Source: Alphaproteobacteria bacterium
Lineage (GTDB): Bacteria > Pseudomonadota > Alphaproteobacteria > UBA6615
Direction of reading: 5' to 3'
DNA: 64,000 bases
Assembly: GCA_965222215.1 (NCBI GenBank)
Contig: OZ244931.1
Location: forward strand, 2,789,964 to 2,853,963
The notes beneath the pieces are model-generated. The model made no database searches. It was not told where the DNA came from and saw only the letters and a list, made by a program, of their open reading frames with translations. This document shows positions 19,378-28,364 of the stretch, one piece after another (position 1 is the stretch's first letter; every line of letters begins with the position of its first letter). Made by a program: the position numbers and the translations under genes.

Positions 19378-19478
19378 GCGGAACGGTCATTCGTTCCCTA
19401 CGTTGATAGGTGGACAAAGGGTCGCGCCACGCGTGTGGCACGGGCCTACCTGTACAGAGGCACTACGAGGGAACCATC

Positions 19479-19955
19479 ATGCGCTTGAAAACCATTGCGC
19501 CTATCGCAGCCGCTGCCATGCTCCTGACCGCCTGCGCGCAGGACGGCAACCAGAAACAGACAGCGGGTACCGTCATCGGCGGCATCGGCGGCGCCGTGCT
19601 CGGCTCCCAGATCGGCGGCGGGTCGGGCCGCATCATCGCCACCGCCGTCGGCACCATCGCCGGCGCGCTGATCGGCAGCGAGGTCGGCAAGTCGCTGGAC
19701 AAGGCGGACAAGGCCGAAATGCGGCGCGCCGAGCAGCAGGCCCATCAAGCACCGGTGGGCAAGACCATCGAATGGAACAACCCGGATTCCGGAAACTACG
19801 GAACCGTGACCCCGGTGCGCGACGGCCGCAACACCCAGACGGGCGCCTACTGCCGCGAATACCAGACGACGGTGACCGTCGGCGGCAAGCAGGAAGAAGC
19901 GTACGGCACAGCCTGCCAGCAACCCGACGGCAGCTGGAAGATCGTCGAATCCTGA
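19479..19955 (+). CDS. outer-membrane lipoprotein, 17-kDa surface antigen / glycine-zipper family
   Basis: Signal peptide with lipobox (MRLKTIAPIAAAAMLLTAC). Glycine zipper is GGIGGAVLGSQIGGGSGRIIATAVGTIAGALIGSEVG. The C-terminal surface-antigen-like domain reads IEWNNPDSGNYGTVTP...AYCREYQ...ACQQPDGSWKI. A GAGGGA RBS precedes the ATG at 19479. Confidence 0.85.
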   Translation: MRLKTIAPIAAAAMLLTACAQDGNQKQTAGTVIGGIGGAVLGSQIGGGSGRIIATAVGTIAGALIGSEVGKSLDKADKAEMRRAEQQAHQAPVGKTIEWNNPDSGNYGTVTPVRDGRNTQTGAYCREYQTTVTVGGKQEEAYGTACQQPDGSWKIVES

Positions 19956-19967
19956 TGACAGGGCGCC

Positions 19968-20774
19968 CTAGGGCGTCCTGACCATCACCGCCTGAACCGC
20001 GCCCAGCCGGCCATCGGCGAAATTCGCCCGCAAGTTGGAAATCATTGCCGGGAAGTCGTCACCCATGACATTGCGCAGGCTGGGTCCGGCCGGCTTGCCC
20101 GGCGGCCGGGCGTTGTCGAGCCAGTCACGGGCGAATTCGCTTTCGTCCGTCCACGTGACCTCGTCCCAACCCGCCGCCAGAACGGTTTGGCGCAACATGC
20201 CCGCATCGACCAGATGGCTCTCCGCCGCCCGCCGTGCCCAGGGAACCGGGTAGTCAGCGGCCGCCGTATTCACCCCTTCGACCACATCGAAAAGCGCCAG
20301 GACGCCCCCCGGCCGGACCACGCGCGCGAGCTCCGCGTACAGCGGATCGCGTGCCGCGATATTCATCGCGACATGCTCGGTCCAAACGGCGTCGAACGCC
20401 CCGTCCGCGAACGGAAGCCGCAGGGCGTCGGCCGCACAAAATCGGGTCGCGCCGCTGAGGTCCTTCGCGCACGACAGCGCAGCGGCGATGCGGCAGAAAC
20501 CCGGCGAGAGATCCACGCCCGTCACGTCCCAGCCGCGTTCGCGCACCAGCAGCCGGGCCGGGCCCCCGAGACCTGAACCGACATCCAGTACATTCGCACC
20601 CGGTGCCAGCGACAGCCGGTCGGCGAGCCGCCGGGTCGCCGCCGCACCGCCGATATGGAACTGGTCGAGAGCCGGGCCTATATCCGTCCCGGCGGCAATC
20701 TCCGCCAGGACATCGTCGACGGCGTCAGCGCGCTCATAATGATCGCGAACGGAACCCGGCGACGGTTCGCTCAC
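19968..20774 (-). CDS. class I SAM-dependent methyltransferase
   Basis: Motif I is NVLDVGSGLGGPARLL, in a protein of 268 aa. The start overlaps the upstream gene's stop by 4 nt. Confidence 0.85.
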   Translation of the reverse strand: MSEPSPGSVRDHYERADAVDDVLAEIAAGTDIGPALDQFHIGGAAATRRLADRLSLAPGANVLDVGSGLGGPARLLVRERGWDVTGVDLSPGFCRIAAALSCAKDLSGATRFCAADALRLPFADGAFDAVWTEHVAMNIAARDPLYAELARVVRPGGVLALFDVVEGVNTAAADYPVPWARRAAESHLVDAGMLRQTVLAAGWDEVTWTDESEFARDWLDNARPPGKPAGPSLRNVMGDDFPAMISNLRANFADGRLGAVQAVMVRTP

Positions 20775-22060
20775 GCACGCTCACCGACGACATGCGGTTT
20801 CGCCCGGGTCTGCCGGGTCCGGGAAATGACGTCCTTAACCTTCACACCCAACGTTTCGTCCCGCGCGACATTGTACTCGGCCACGAGTTCCGCGACCGGC
20901 CCCGTCCAGGCCGGGTCTTCGTCCTCATCCAGGAAGGGCTCGCCGGGCCCGTAACCCAAGGCCGTATAGAGCTGCGAAACGGTGAAACCGTCGAGATCGC
21001 GCATCACCACCGGCTCGTCGGCTTCCGTACGTGCAATCACGCCCGAGTCTTCGAGGCGGGCGAGGACGGCGCCGAGACCCGCACCGTCACCGCCCGTCGC
21101 GTCGAGAAGTTCCCGCTCGGGAACTGTTTCGCCGCGATCCGCGGCGTCCAGCAACTTCCCGATGACCTGCAGGGCCCGCAGCAGCGCGCGCGCCGGCGTC
21201 AGCGGACCGAACTCCTCGGCCCGGCGGGCCGCCAGCCATTCAGGTCGGGTCGCGGCCACGATCGCGCCGAACAATACGACCGCCCAGACGAGGTACATCC
21301 AGATGAGGAACACCGGCAGCGCAGCCAGCGAGCCATAGAGGCTCTCGAACGTCCCGGCGTTGGCGAGGTACAGGCCGAACCCGGCCTTCAGCAACTCGAA
21401 CATGACCGCCGCGACGCCGGCGCCGAGGATCGCATAGCGGAACGGGACGCGCCGGTTCGGAAGCGCCACATAGAGGATCGCAAAACCGGCGGCGGCGAAG
21501 ACAAACGGAAGCAGGCGCAAGCCGAACTCGCGAACGAAGCTCAGGTTCACGCCCAGCGCCTCGAAGTTGTTCACCGCGAACAGCGCGGTGCTGAAGGACA
21601 GGCCCGCACCCATCAGCAACGGCCCGAGGGTGAGCGTCGTCCAGTACGCCAGCAGCCGCATGCCGAACGGGCGCGATTTCTCAACACGCCAGATCGCGTT
21701 GAACGCACTTTCGATGGTCGACAGCAACATGATCGCCGTCACCGCCAACCACACAACGCCGAAGACCGTGAGCTCGCTGGTGTTCGATACAAACCGATCG
21801 ACATAGCTCTCGAGTTCCCCGCCGATATGCGGCGCGGCATATGACAGGATGATGTTAAGCAACTTCTGGGTCATCCCGTCGAAGACGGGAAACGCCATCA
21901 TCGTCGAAAAGGCGATGGCAAACAGGGGCACGATCGCGAGCAGTGAGGTGTAGCTGAGCGAGGCTGCGGCAACGAGCACACGATCCTGGGAGAAGCGGCG
22001 CACGACGGTGCGGGCGAAGTTGAATTCGCTGCGCAAGAGGTCGAGTCGATTTTCACCCAT
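20771..22060 (-). CDS. YihY/BrkB-family inner-membrane protein with a ~130-aa soluble C-terminal extension
   Basis: The N-terminal ~300 aa are multi-TM (LSYTSLLAIVPLFAI...YGSLAALPVFLIWMYLVWAVVLFGA). The C-terminal tail is hydrophilic. Confidence 0.8.
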   Translation of the reverse strand: MGENRLDLLRSEFNFARTVVRRFSQDRVLVAAASLSYTSLLAIVPLFAIAFSTMMAFPVFDGMTQKLLNIILSYAAPHIGGELESYVDRFVSNTSELTVFGVVWLAVTAIMLLSTIESAFNAIWRVEKSRPFGMRLLAYWTTLTLGPLLMGAGLSFSTALFAVNNFEALGVNLSFVREFGLRLLPFVFAAAGFAILYVALPNRRVPFRYAILGAGVAAVMFELLKAGFGLYLANAGTFESLYGSLAALPVFLIWMYLVWAVVLFGAIVAATRPEWLAARRAEEFGPLTPARALLRALQVIGKLLDAADRGETVPERELLDATGGDGAGLGAVLARLEDSGVIARTEADEPVVMRDLDGFTVSQLYTALGYGPGEPFLDEDEDPAWTGPVAELVAEYNVARDETLGVKVKDVISRTRQTRAKPHVVGERA

Positions 22061-22205
22061 GGGTCACCTTCGCCAAGAACAACTAAGCCTATCATATCAA
22101 ACGTGAAAACGGGTCACCCGGTTCGGCCCGCCATGCTCTTGTCGGGCCAAGGCGTTGGTGTAGGATGCCGGAAAGCTGGGGAAACTCCCGACCGATGGGG
22201 ATCAT

Positions 22206-23045
22206 ATGAGTTCTGGATCGCAACTGATGGCCGGAAAGCGCGGCCTGATCATGGGGGTCGCGAACGATCGCTCCATCGCGTGGGGAATCGCAAAGGCCGT
22301 CGCCGATGCGGGTGGCGAGATCGCCTTCACCTACCAGGGCGAGGCGCTGGAAAAACGCGTCCGGCCGCTGGCCGAGTCCGTGGGCGCCAATCTCGTGCTG
22401 CCCTGCGATGTCACCGACGAAGCCAGCATGGACGCGCTGTTCGACACACTGAAAAGCGACTGGGGCAGCCTCGATTTCGTGGTGCACGCCATCGCCTACT
22501 CCGACAAGGACGAGCTCAAGGGCCGCTACGTCGATACTTCGCGGGCCAACTTCCTGCGCTCGCTCGACATCTCCTGCTTCTCGTTCACCGATGTCTGCAA
22601 GCGCGCGGCCGAGATGATGAACGACGGTGGCAGTCTGCTGACCCTCACCTACTACGGCGCCGAGCGGGTGATGCCCCATTACAACGTCATGGGCGTCGCC
22701 AAGGCCGCGCTGGAAGCCAGCCTGCGCTATATGGCGGTGGACCTGGGCGGCCAGGGCATCCGCGTCAACGCGATCTCGGCCGGCCCGATCAAGACCCTGG
22801 CGGCCAGCGGCATCGGCGATTTCCGCTATATCCTGAAGTGGAACGAGCTGAACGCGCCGCTGAAACGCAACGTGACCACCGACGAGGTCGGCGGCGCGGG
22901 GCTTTACCTGCTGAGCGACCTGGGAGCCGGCGTGTCCGGTGAAATCCACCATGTCGACAGCGGCTACAACGTCGTCGGCATGGTCGCGGTGGACGCCGCG
23001 GCCGAGGTCGCGGACCTGCTGTCGGGCCTCAAGGCCCCGGATTGA
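22206..23045 (+). CDS. fabI: enoyl-[acyl-carrier-protein] reductase (NADH)
   Basis: Motifs are GKRGLIMGVANDRSIAWGIAKA, HAIAYSDK, YNVMGVAKAALEAS and NAISAGPIKT. An alternative start is at 22227. Confidence 0.93.
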   Translation: MSSGSQLMAGKRGLIMGVANDRSIAWGIAKAVADAGGEIAFTYQGEALEKRVRPLAESVGANLVLPCDVTDEASMDALFDTLKSDWGSLDFVVHAIAYSDKDELKGRYVDTSRANFLRSLDISCFSFTDVCKRAAEMMNDGGSLLTLTYYGAERVMPHYNVMGVAKAALEASLRYMAVDLGGQGIRVNAISAGPIKTLAASGIGDFRYILKWNELNAPLKRNVTTDEVGGAGLYLLSDLGAGVSGEIHHVDSGYNVVGMVAVDAAAEVADLLSGLKAPD

Positions 23046-23089
23046 AGCGGATCGACTGACGCAACGCGCGAACGCATAGGAGCATCGCC

Positions 23090-24220
23090 ATGGCCGGGAA
23101 CAGCTTCGGCCAGATATTCCGGTTCACCACCTGGGGCGAAAGCCACGGGCCCGCAATCGGCGTGGTCGTCGACGGCGTGCCGCCGCGCGTGCCCTTCGCC
23201 GACGCCGACGCCCAGACATTCCTCGACCGCCGCCGCCCCGGCCAGTCGCGCTTCACGACCCAGCGCAAGGAGCCGGACGCGGTGAAGATCATGTCCGGCG
23301 TGTTCGAGGGCGAGACCACCGGCGCGCCGGTCTCGATGATGATCGAGAATGTGGACCAGCGCTCGAGGGACTATTCCGAGATCGCGGCGAAGTATCGCCC
23401 GGGCCATGCCGACTATACCTACGACGCCAAGTACGGCATCCGCGACTACCGTGGCGGGGGCCGGTCCTCGGCACGCGAGACCGCGAGCCGCGTGGCCGCG
23501 GGTGCGCTCGCCCGCAAGGTGATCGAGACACTGACCGGCGGTGCCGTCGAAATCCGCGGCGCGCTGGTACAGGTCGGCGAAATGGCCGTTGCTCCGGATA
23601 TACGCGACTGGGCGCATGCCGCGAACAATCCGCTCTGGTGTCCCGATCCCGGCCTGACTCCGAAATGGGAAAACTATCTCGACGATGTGCGCAAGGCCGG
23701 CTCGTCGGTCGGCGCGATAATTGAGGTGGCAGCCTCGGGCGTGCCGGTCGGGCTCGGCGAGCCGATCTACGGCAAGATCGATTCCGACCTCGCCGCGGCG
23801 ATGATGACCATCAACGCCGTCAAGGGCGTGGAGATTGGCGCGGGCATGGCATCGGCGGCGCTGACCGGCGAGGCCAACGCCGATGAGATGCGCATGGACG
23901 GCGGCGACGTGACGTTTGGCTCCAACAATGCCGGCGGCGTCCTCGGCGGGATCACCACCGGCCAGGACCTGGTGGTACGCTTCGCCGTGAAGCCGACCAG
24001 CTCGATCCTGACGCCGCGCGAGACGGTCGGCCGCGACGGCGCGAACACCGACGTTTCCACCAAGGGCCGCCACGACCCCTGCGTGGGCATCCGCGCCGTG
24101 CCCGTCGGCGAAGCGATGATGGCCTGCGTGATCGCCGACCACCTGCTGCGCCACCGCGCCCAGATCGGCGAATTCGGCTCGCAGGCGCCGTTCGCGAAGA
24201 CGGACAAGGCGGCGGAGTAG
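23090..24220 (+). CDS. aroC: chorismate synthase
   Basis: Motifs are [35 protein letters not shown] and GRHDPCVG. Confidence 0.95.
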   Translation: MAGNSFGQIFRFTTWGESHGPAIGVVVDGVPPRVPFADADAQTFLDRRRPGQSRFTTQRKEPDAVKIMSGVFEGETTGAPVSMMIENVDQRSRDYSEIAAKYRPGHADYTYDAKYGIRDYRGGGRSSARETASRVAAGALARKVIETLTGGAVEIRGALVQVGEMAVAPDIRDWAHAANNPLWCPDPGLTPKWENYLDDVRKAGSSVGAIIEVAASGVPVGLGEPIYGKIDSDLAAAMMTINAVKGVEIGAGMASAALTGEANADEMRMDGGDVTFGSNNAGGVLGGITTGQDLVVRFAVKPTSSILTPRETVGRDGANTDVSTKGRHDPCVGIRAVPVGEAMMACVIADHLLRHRAQIGEFGSQAPFAKTDKAAE

Positions 24221-24229
24221 ACCCTCAAC

Positions 24230-24305
24230 GTCATTGCGAGGAGCGAAGCGACGCGGCAATCCAGCACCTCCGCTCTGGATAGCTTCGCCTGCGGCTCGCA
24301 ATGAC
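24230..24305. repeat. intergenic hairpin repeat family A, copy 3
   Basis: Sequence is GTCATTGCGAGGAGCGAAGCGACGCGGCAATCCAG...CTGGATAGCTTCGCCTGCGGCTCGCAATGAC. It lies 10 nt after the aroC stop. Confidence 0.85.
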
Positions 24306-24401
24306 AACAGCTATTGTCATGCCCGTGCATCACGGTTTTGGTGATAGCCGGACCCGCCTATACTCCCCGCCAAACACCCAACCCCACTCCGGGAGAGCCC
24401 C

Positions 24402-25034
24402 ATGGCGAAGAAACGCGAAACCCCCGATCAGTTGCAGCACATCTCGAAGCTGCCCGTTCCCGACGTCGCGGACGTCGACGAGGACCTGCAAAAATACATG
24501 CGCATTTGCGAGGAGAAGCTTGGTCTCGTCCCGAACGTGATCCGCGCCTTCGCGCTGCGACCGGAGAAGCTGCGGACCTTCATCGCCAAGTACAACGAAC
24601 TGATGCTCGGCGACGCCGCGCAGCTCACGCGGCTGGAGCGGGAGATGATCGCGGTCGTCGTCTCGTCCCACAACCACTGCGTCTACTGCATCACGTCCCA
24701 CAGCCAGGCGGTGCGCGAGCTCTCCGACGACCCGGTGCTCGGCGACATCATCATGATCAACTATCGCGAGGCCAACCTGACCGACCGCCAGCGCGCGATC
24801 CTCGACTACGCCTTCAAGCTGACGTCCAACCCGGCCGAGGTCGGCGACGCCGACCGGCAGAAGCTGTACGACGTCGGCCTGTCGCACGAGGAAATCTTCG
24901 AGGTCACCGACACGACGGCGTATTTCAACTACACCAACCGGATGACCCACGGCCTCGGCATGCTGCCGAACGAAGAGTATTTCGGCATGAACCGCCTGCC
25001 CGACCCGGGCCTGCACAAGGACGCGGCGGAGTAG
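24402..25034 (+). CDS. AhpD-like / carboxymuconolactone decarboxylase-family peroxidase-related protein
   Basis: 210 aa with the CxxC context VVVSSHNHCVYCITSH and typical AhpD-fold helices. Confidence 0.75.
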   Translation: MAKKRETPDQLQHISKLPVPDVADVDEDLQKYMRICEEKLGLVPNVIRAFALRPEKLRTFIAKYNELMLGDAAQLTRLEREMIAVVVSSHNHCVYCITSHSQAVRELSDDPVLGDIIMINYREANLTDRQRAILDYAFKLTSNPAEVGDADRQKLYDVGLSHEEIFEVTDTTAYFNYTNRMTHGLGMLPNEEYFGMNRLPDPGLHKDAAE

Positions 25035-25044
25035 GCAACTCAAA

Positions 25045-25162
25045 CCCTCTCCTCCCGGGAGGAGAGGGTGGCGAGCGACCGCGAGCCGGGTGAGGTGGGC
25101 GAACTCCGACAGGGCCCGGCAACCCACCTCACCCCGACCCTCTCCTCCCCGGGAGGAGAGGG
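25045..25162. repeat. tripartite intergenic repeat family C, copy 1
   Basis: Three parts: CCCTCTCCTCCCGGGAGGAGAGGG (perfect palindrome); then the GGGTGAGGTGGG-loop-CCCACCTCACCC hairpin; then CCCTCTCCTCCCCGGGAGGAGAGGG. The architecture matches 29164..29285. Confidence 0.8.
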
Positions 25163-25231
25163 AGAAAAAGGGCTCCCGTCCATCACAACAGCGCGCGAAC
25201 CTGTTTCCGGCGCGGACGTTCTTCCGGTAGA

Positions 25232-25915
25232 TTGCCCTCGATCCCGGAACGCAGAGCCCTGATTTTGCGCACGAATATCCTTTTCGGCCTGTTCGCCGCC
25301 GCCCTGGCCGTCTTCGCGGCCGTGTCGCCGCGCCCGGCCGGCGCGCATCCCCATGTCTGGATCGACATGCGCACCGAGCTGGTGTTCGACGGCGACGGAC
25401 GGGTCGCCGGCCTGACCATCGACTGGACCTTCGACGAGCTCTACACCGCCTTCGTCGTCGACGACATCGGCGGCGCGGCCGACATCGACCGCGAACGCCT
25501 CGAAGACGTCGGCCGGAGAAGCCTCGCGAACCTGCGCGAGTTCGACTACTTCACGGAGTTTCTCGTCGACGGCACGCCGCAGGAACTATCGACACCGGAC
25601 GCATTCGACATCGTCCTGCGCGAGGGCCGCATGCAGTTGCGGTTCACGCTTCCGCTGGCCGAACCCGTCTCTCCCGCCGATCGGCGCATCAGTTACGCCG
25701 TGTTCGACCCGACATACTTCGTCTCCATCCTGCACACGGAAGACGAACGGACCTTTCTGCCCGCGAATACACCGGCGGATTGCACGACCACGCTCGAGGA
25801 ACCCAACCCGACGAGCGATGCAATCAGCTTTGCACAGTCGCTGGACCTCATGGACTCCGCGCCGGACACGCTGGGGGCCATGTTCGCCGAACGAGTGCGC
25901 CTGACATGCAGCTGA
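25232..25915 (+). CDS. DUF1007-family periplasmic protein (partner of a NicO-type metal transporter)
   Basis: A signal peptide is followed by HPHVWIDMRTELVFDGDGRVAGLTIDWTFDELY. The stop overlaps the downstream start (ATGCAGCTGA). Confidence 0.8.
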   Translation: MPSIPERRALILRTNILFGLFAAALAVFAAVSPRPAGAHPHVWIDMRTELVFDGDGRVAGLTIDWTFDELYTAFVVDDIGGAADIDRERLEDVGRRSLANLREFDYFTEFLVDGTPQELSTPDAFDIVLREGRMQLRFTLPLAEPVSPADRRISYAVFDPTYFVSILHTEDERTFLPANTPADCTTTLEEPNPTSDAISFAQSLDLMDSAPDTLGAMFAERVRLTCS

Positions 25916-26862
25916 CCCGTGTGGACGGTTCCGGCCGCTGGTACCTGGTACCCCTGGCGCTCGGGTTCGCCATCGCACTGGCGTGGCTGGTGCTGGTCCT
26001 CGCCTTTTCCGATGCCTGGGCGCAGATGCTCGGCACGATCCTGACGATGCAACGCGAATTGCAGCAGGACCTTTCCGCCGCGACACGGCTGGCTGCCGAG
26101 CATGGCCTCACCGCGGCCTGGACCCTGATCGGGCTGAGCTTCCTGTACGGCGTTCTCCACGCCGCCGGGCCCGGCCACGGCAAGCTGGTGATCACCACAT
26201 ACCTGCTCAGTCACGAAGGCGCGGTGCGGCGTTCGATCATGCTGTCGGTGCTGTCCTCGCTGATGCAGGGCGTGACGGCCATCGTCCTGATGGAGGCGGC
26301 GCTCGCCATCCTGGGGATCAGCCTGCGCGAGGCGACCGGTGTCGCCAACAAGCTGGAGATGACCAGCTACGCGCTGGTCGTGGTGCTGGGCCTCATCCTC
26401 GCCGGCATGACCCTGCGCCGCTTCGCCCGGCGCGCGCGGACCGGGGACGACGGCGATGCGTGCGGCCATTGCGGGCATGTCCACGCGCACGACGCCCCCC
26501 ACGTACATCGGATTGCGACCATCGCCGAACTGGCGGCGGTCATCTTCTCCGTCGGGATCCGGCCCTGCACCGGCGCAATCCTCGTGCTGGTGCTGGCGAA
26601 TGCGCTGGGCCTGCGCTTCGTCGCATGGTCCGCTGTGCTGGCGATGTCGGTGGGCACCGCCATGACCGTCACCGCGCTGGCACTGGCTGCCGTCTACGCG
26701 CGGCGAACCACCCTGCGGCTGGCCGACCGCTGGCCCGAACAGGGCCGCGGCCTGCCCGTGATGCTCGACGCGATCGCCTTCTGCGGCGGGGTCGCCATCG
26801 TGCTGCTCGGGGTGTCCCTGTTCCAGGGCGCGCTGGCCACGGCGAACCACCCGCTGTTGTAG
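25906..26862 (+). CDS. nickel/cobalt transporter, NicO/RcnA-like family
   Basis: Multi-TM protein with the signature GVLHAAGPGHGK and a His/Asp-rich loop (DDGDACGHCGHVHAHDAPHVH). I chose the ATG at 25906, which is coupled to the upstream stop; the track start is 25780. Confidence 0.85.
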   Translation: MQLTRVDGSGRWYLVPLALGFAIALAWLVLVLAFSDAWAQMLGTILTMQRELQQDLSAATRLAAEHGLTAAWTLIGLSFLYGVLHAAGPGHGKLVITTYLLSHEGAVRRSIMLSVLSSLMQGVTAIVLMEAALAILGISLREATGVANKLEMTSYALVVVLGLILAGMTLRRFARRARTGDDGDACGHCGHVHAHDAPHVHRIATIAELAAVIFSVGIRPCTGAILVLVLANALGLRFVAWSAVLAMSVGTAMTVTALALAAVYARRTTLRLADRWPEQGRGLPVMLDAIAFCGGVAIVLLGVSLFQGALATANHPLL

Positions 26863-26880
26863 GGGCGCGAGAGCACCCAC

Positions 26881-26972
26881 TCGTCACCCCTGCGAAGGCA
26901 GGGGTCCATTGACTCAGGCGCTTGCCCGATCTGGCATCGGCGTTAATGGATGCCTGCCTGCGCAGGCATGAC
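26881..26972. repeat. intergenic repeat family B, copy 2
   Basis: Sequence is TCGTCACCCCTGCGAAGGCAGGGGTCCATTGACTCAGGCGCTTGCCCGATCTGGCATCGGCGTTAATGGATGCCTGCCTGCGCAGGCATGAC. It lies 19 nt after the transporter stop. Confidence 0.8.
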
Positions 26973-26987
26973 AAATTGTGTGGAGCC

Positions 26988-28268
26988 TCAACCTCCCCGC
27001 GCGAACACCCCGACCAGCTCCACATGACCGGACCAGACGAACTGGTCGACGGGCGTGACCCGGTCCAGCGTGTATCCGCCCGACACCAGCGCGGCGGCAT
27101 CGCGGGCAAACGTCGCCGGGTTGCACGACACCGCCACCACCCGCGGCACCACGGATTTTGCCAGATCCCCTGCCTGGGCCGCCGCGCCCGCGCGGGGCGG
27201 GTCGAACACGACGGTCTCGAAGTTCTTCATCTCGTCCGCCGGCAACGGCCGCTTGGCGAGATCGCGCACGTCGGTGGTGACCTGCCCGCCGAACCCGGCG
27301 TTACCCGCCGCCCGGGCGAGCGCCGCCACAGCCGCACCCTCCCCGTCCACGGCGTGGACCGTCGCTCCGCCCGAGGCCAGCGGCAGGGCGAACGTGCCCA
27401 GCCCGCAGTAGAGATCGGCAATCCGCGTGCCCGCCGCCGCGCCGCAAACGAGTCCAGCGAGCGCCGTCTCGGCATCGTTGCTTGCCTGCAGAAAAACGCC
27501 CGGCGGAGGCTCGGCCGCAATGCCGGACAGCGCCAGCACCGGTGCGCGGCGGAGCGCCACCGGCTCGATCCCCTCAGGCGTGCGCCACGACACCCGCGCA
27601 AGGTCTTCCCGCTCCGCGAACATGGCGAGTTCCATCGCCGCATCCGGGCCGGGCGGGTGGTTCGCCCCGATGAGGATATCCGCGCCATTGTCCACCAGTG
27701 TGATGTGCACGTCCCAGCGCGCGCCGGGCGGCACGATGTCGGCCAGCACCGCGCGCAGCTTTGGCACCAGCGCGAACAGGTCCGGGCGCAGGATGTGGCA
27801 GGCCGCGATATCGACGATCCGGTTGCTGCCGCGCTCGTGAAACCCGAAGAAGGTCGGCGCGTTCTTCGCGCGGGGGCGGAACGCCGCAAACTCGGCGCGC
27901 CTTCGGCCGGCCGGGGGCGTCCGCACCAGCGGCGCAACCAGCTCACCGCCAAGCCCGGCACGTTCCAGCGCCGACACGACGAGGCCGCGCTTCCAGATCT
28001 CGTAAGCGTCGTCGGAGAGGTGCTGGATCGCGCAGCCGCCGCACGTCCCGAAATGTTCGCACGGCGGCGCAACGCGGTCCGGCGACGCCGCCACGATATC
28101 CTCCAGCGCCGCCGCGTAGCCTTCGCCGCGTTTCTGCCCCCGCCGCACCCGCACGGTCTCGCCCGGCAGCGCCCCGGCGACATAGAGGCGCGTGCCGCCG
28201 TCGTCGGCGATCCCGTCGCCGCGCGGGCCGAGCGCCGAGACCTTCACGGTAATCGCTTCAGCCATCAC
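26988..28268 (-). CDS. SAM-dependent RNA (uracil-5)-methyltransferase, RlmD/RumA/TrmA family
   Basis: N-terminal TRAM-like segment is ITVKVSALGPRGDGIA. The Fe-S cysteine cluster is CEHFGTCGGCAIQH. The methyltransferase core reads IADLYCGLGTFALPLA and VVFDPPRAG, with the C-terminal VSCNPATFARD. Confidence 0.9.
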   Translation of the reverse strand: MMAEAITVKVSALGPRGDGIADDGGTRLYVAGALPGETVRVRRGQKRGEGYAAALEDIVAASPDRVAPPCEHFGTCGGCAIQHLSDDAYEIWKRGLVVSALERAGLGGELVAPLVRTPPAGRRRAEFAAFRPRAKNAPTFFGFHERGSNRIVDIAACHILRPDLFALVPKLRAVLADIVPPGARWDVHITLVDNGADILIGANHPPGPDAAMELAMFAEREDLARVSWRTPEGIEPVALRRAPVLALSGIAAEPPPGVFLQASNDAETALAGLVCGAAAGTRIADLYCGLGTFALPLASGGATVHAVDGEGAAVAALARAAGNAGFGGQVTTDVRDLAKRPLPADEMKNFETVVFDPPRAGAAAQAGDLAKSVVPRVVAVSCNPATFARDAAALVSGGYTLDRVTPVDQFVWSGHVELVGVFARGG

Positions 28269-28300
28269 GAAACTCCTTACAACCGGTCGACAAGAGAGCT

Positions 28301-28328
28301 GTCATTGCGAGCGCAGCGAAGCAATGAC
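28301..28328. repeat. intergenic hairpin repeat family A, short copy 4
   Basis: Sequence is GTCATTGCgagcgcagcgaaGCAATGAC. Only the outer arms are present. It lies 37 nt downstream of the tlyA stop. Confidence 0.7.
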
Positions 28329-28364
28329 GGTCCAACAAGACTGGTTCCTTCCCAAAAGGCGCCG

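Noticed and set aside
22102-22118. CGTGAaaacgggTCACC upstream of fabI, considered as a CRP/FNR-type site.
   Set aside because: The spacer is 7 nt rather than 6, both half-sites are imperfect, and there is no -10-like hexamer at the +21 offset seen at the three accepted sites.
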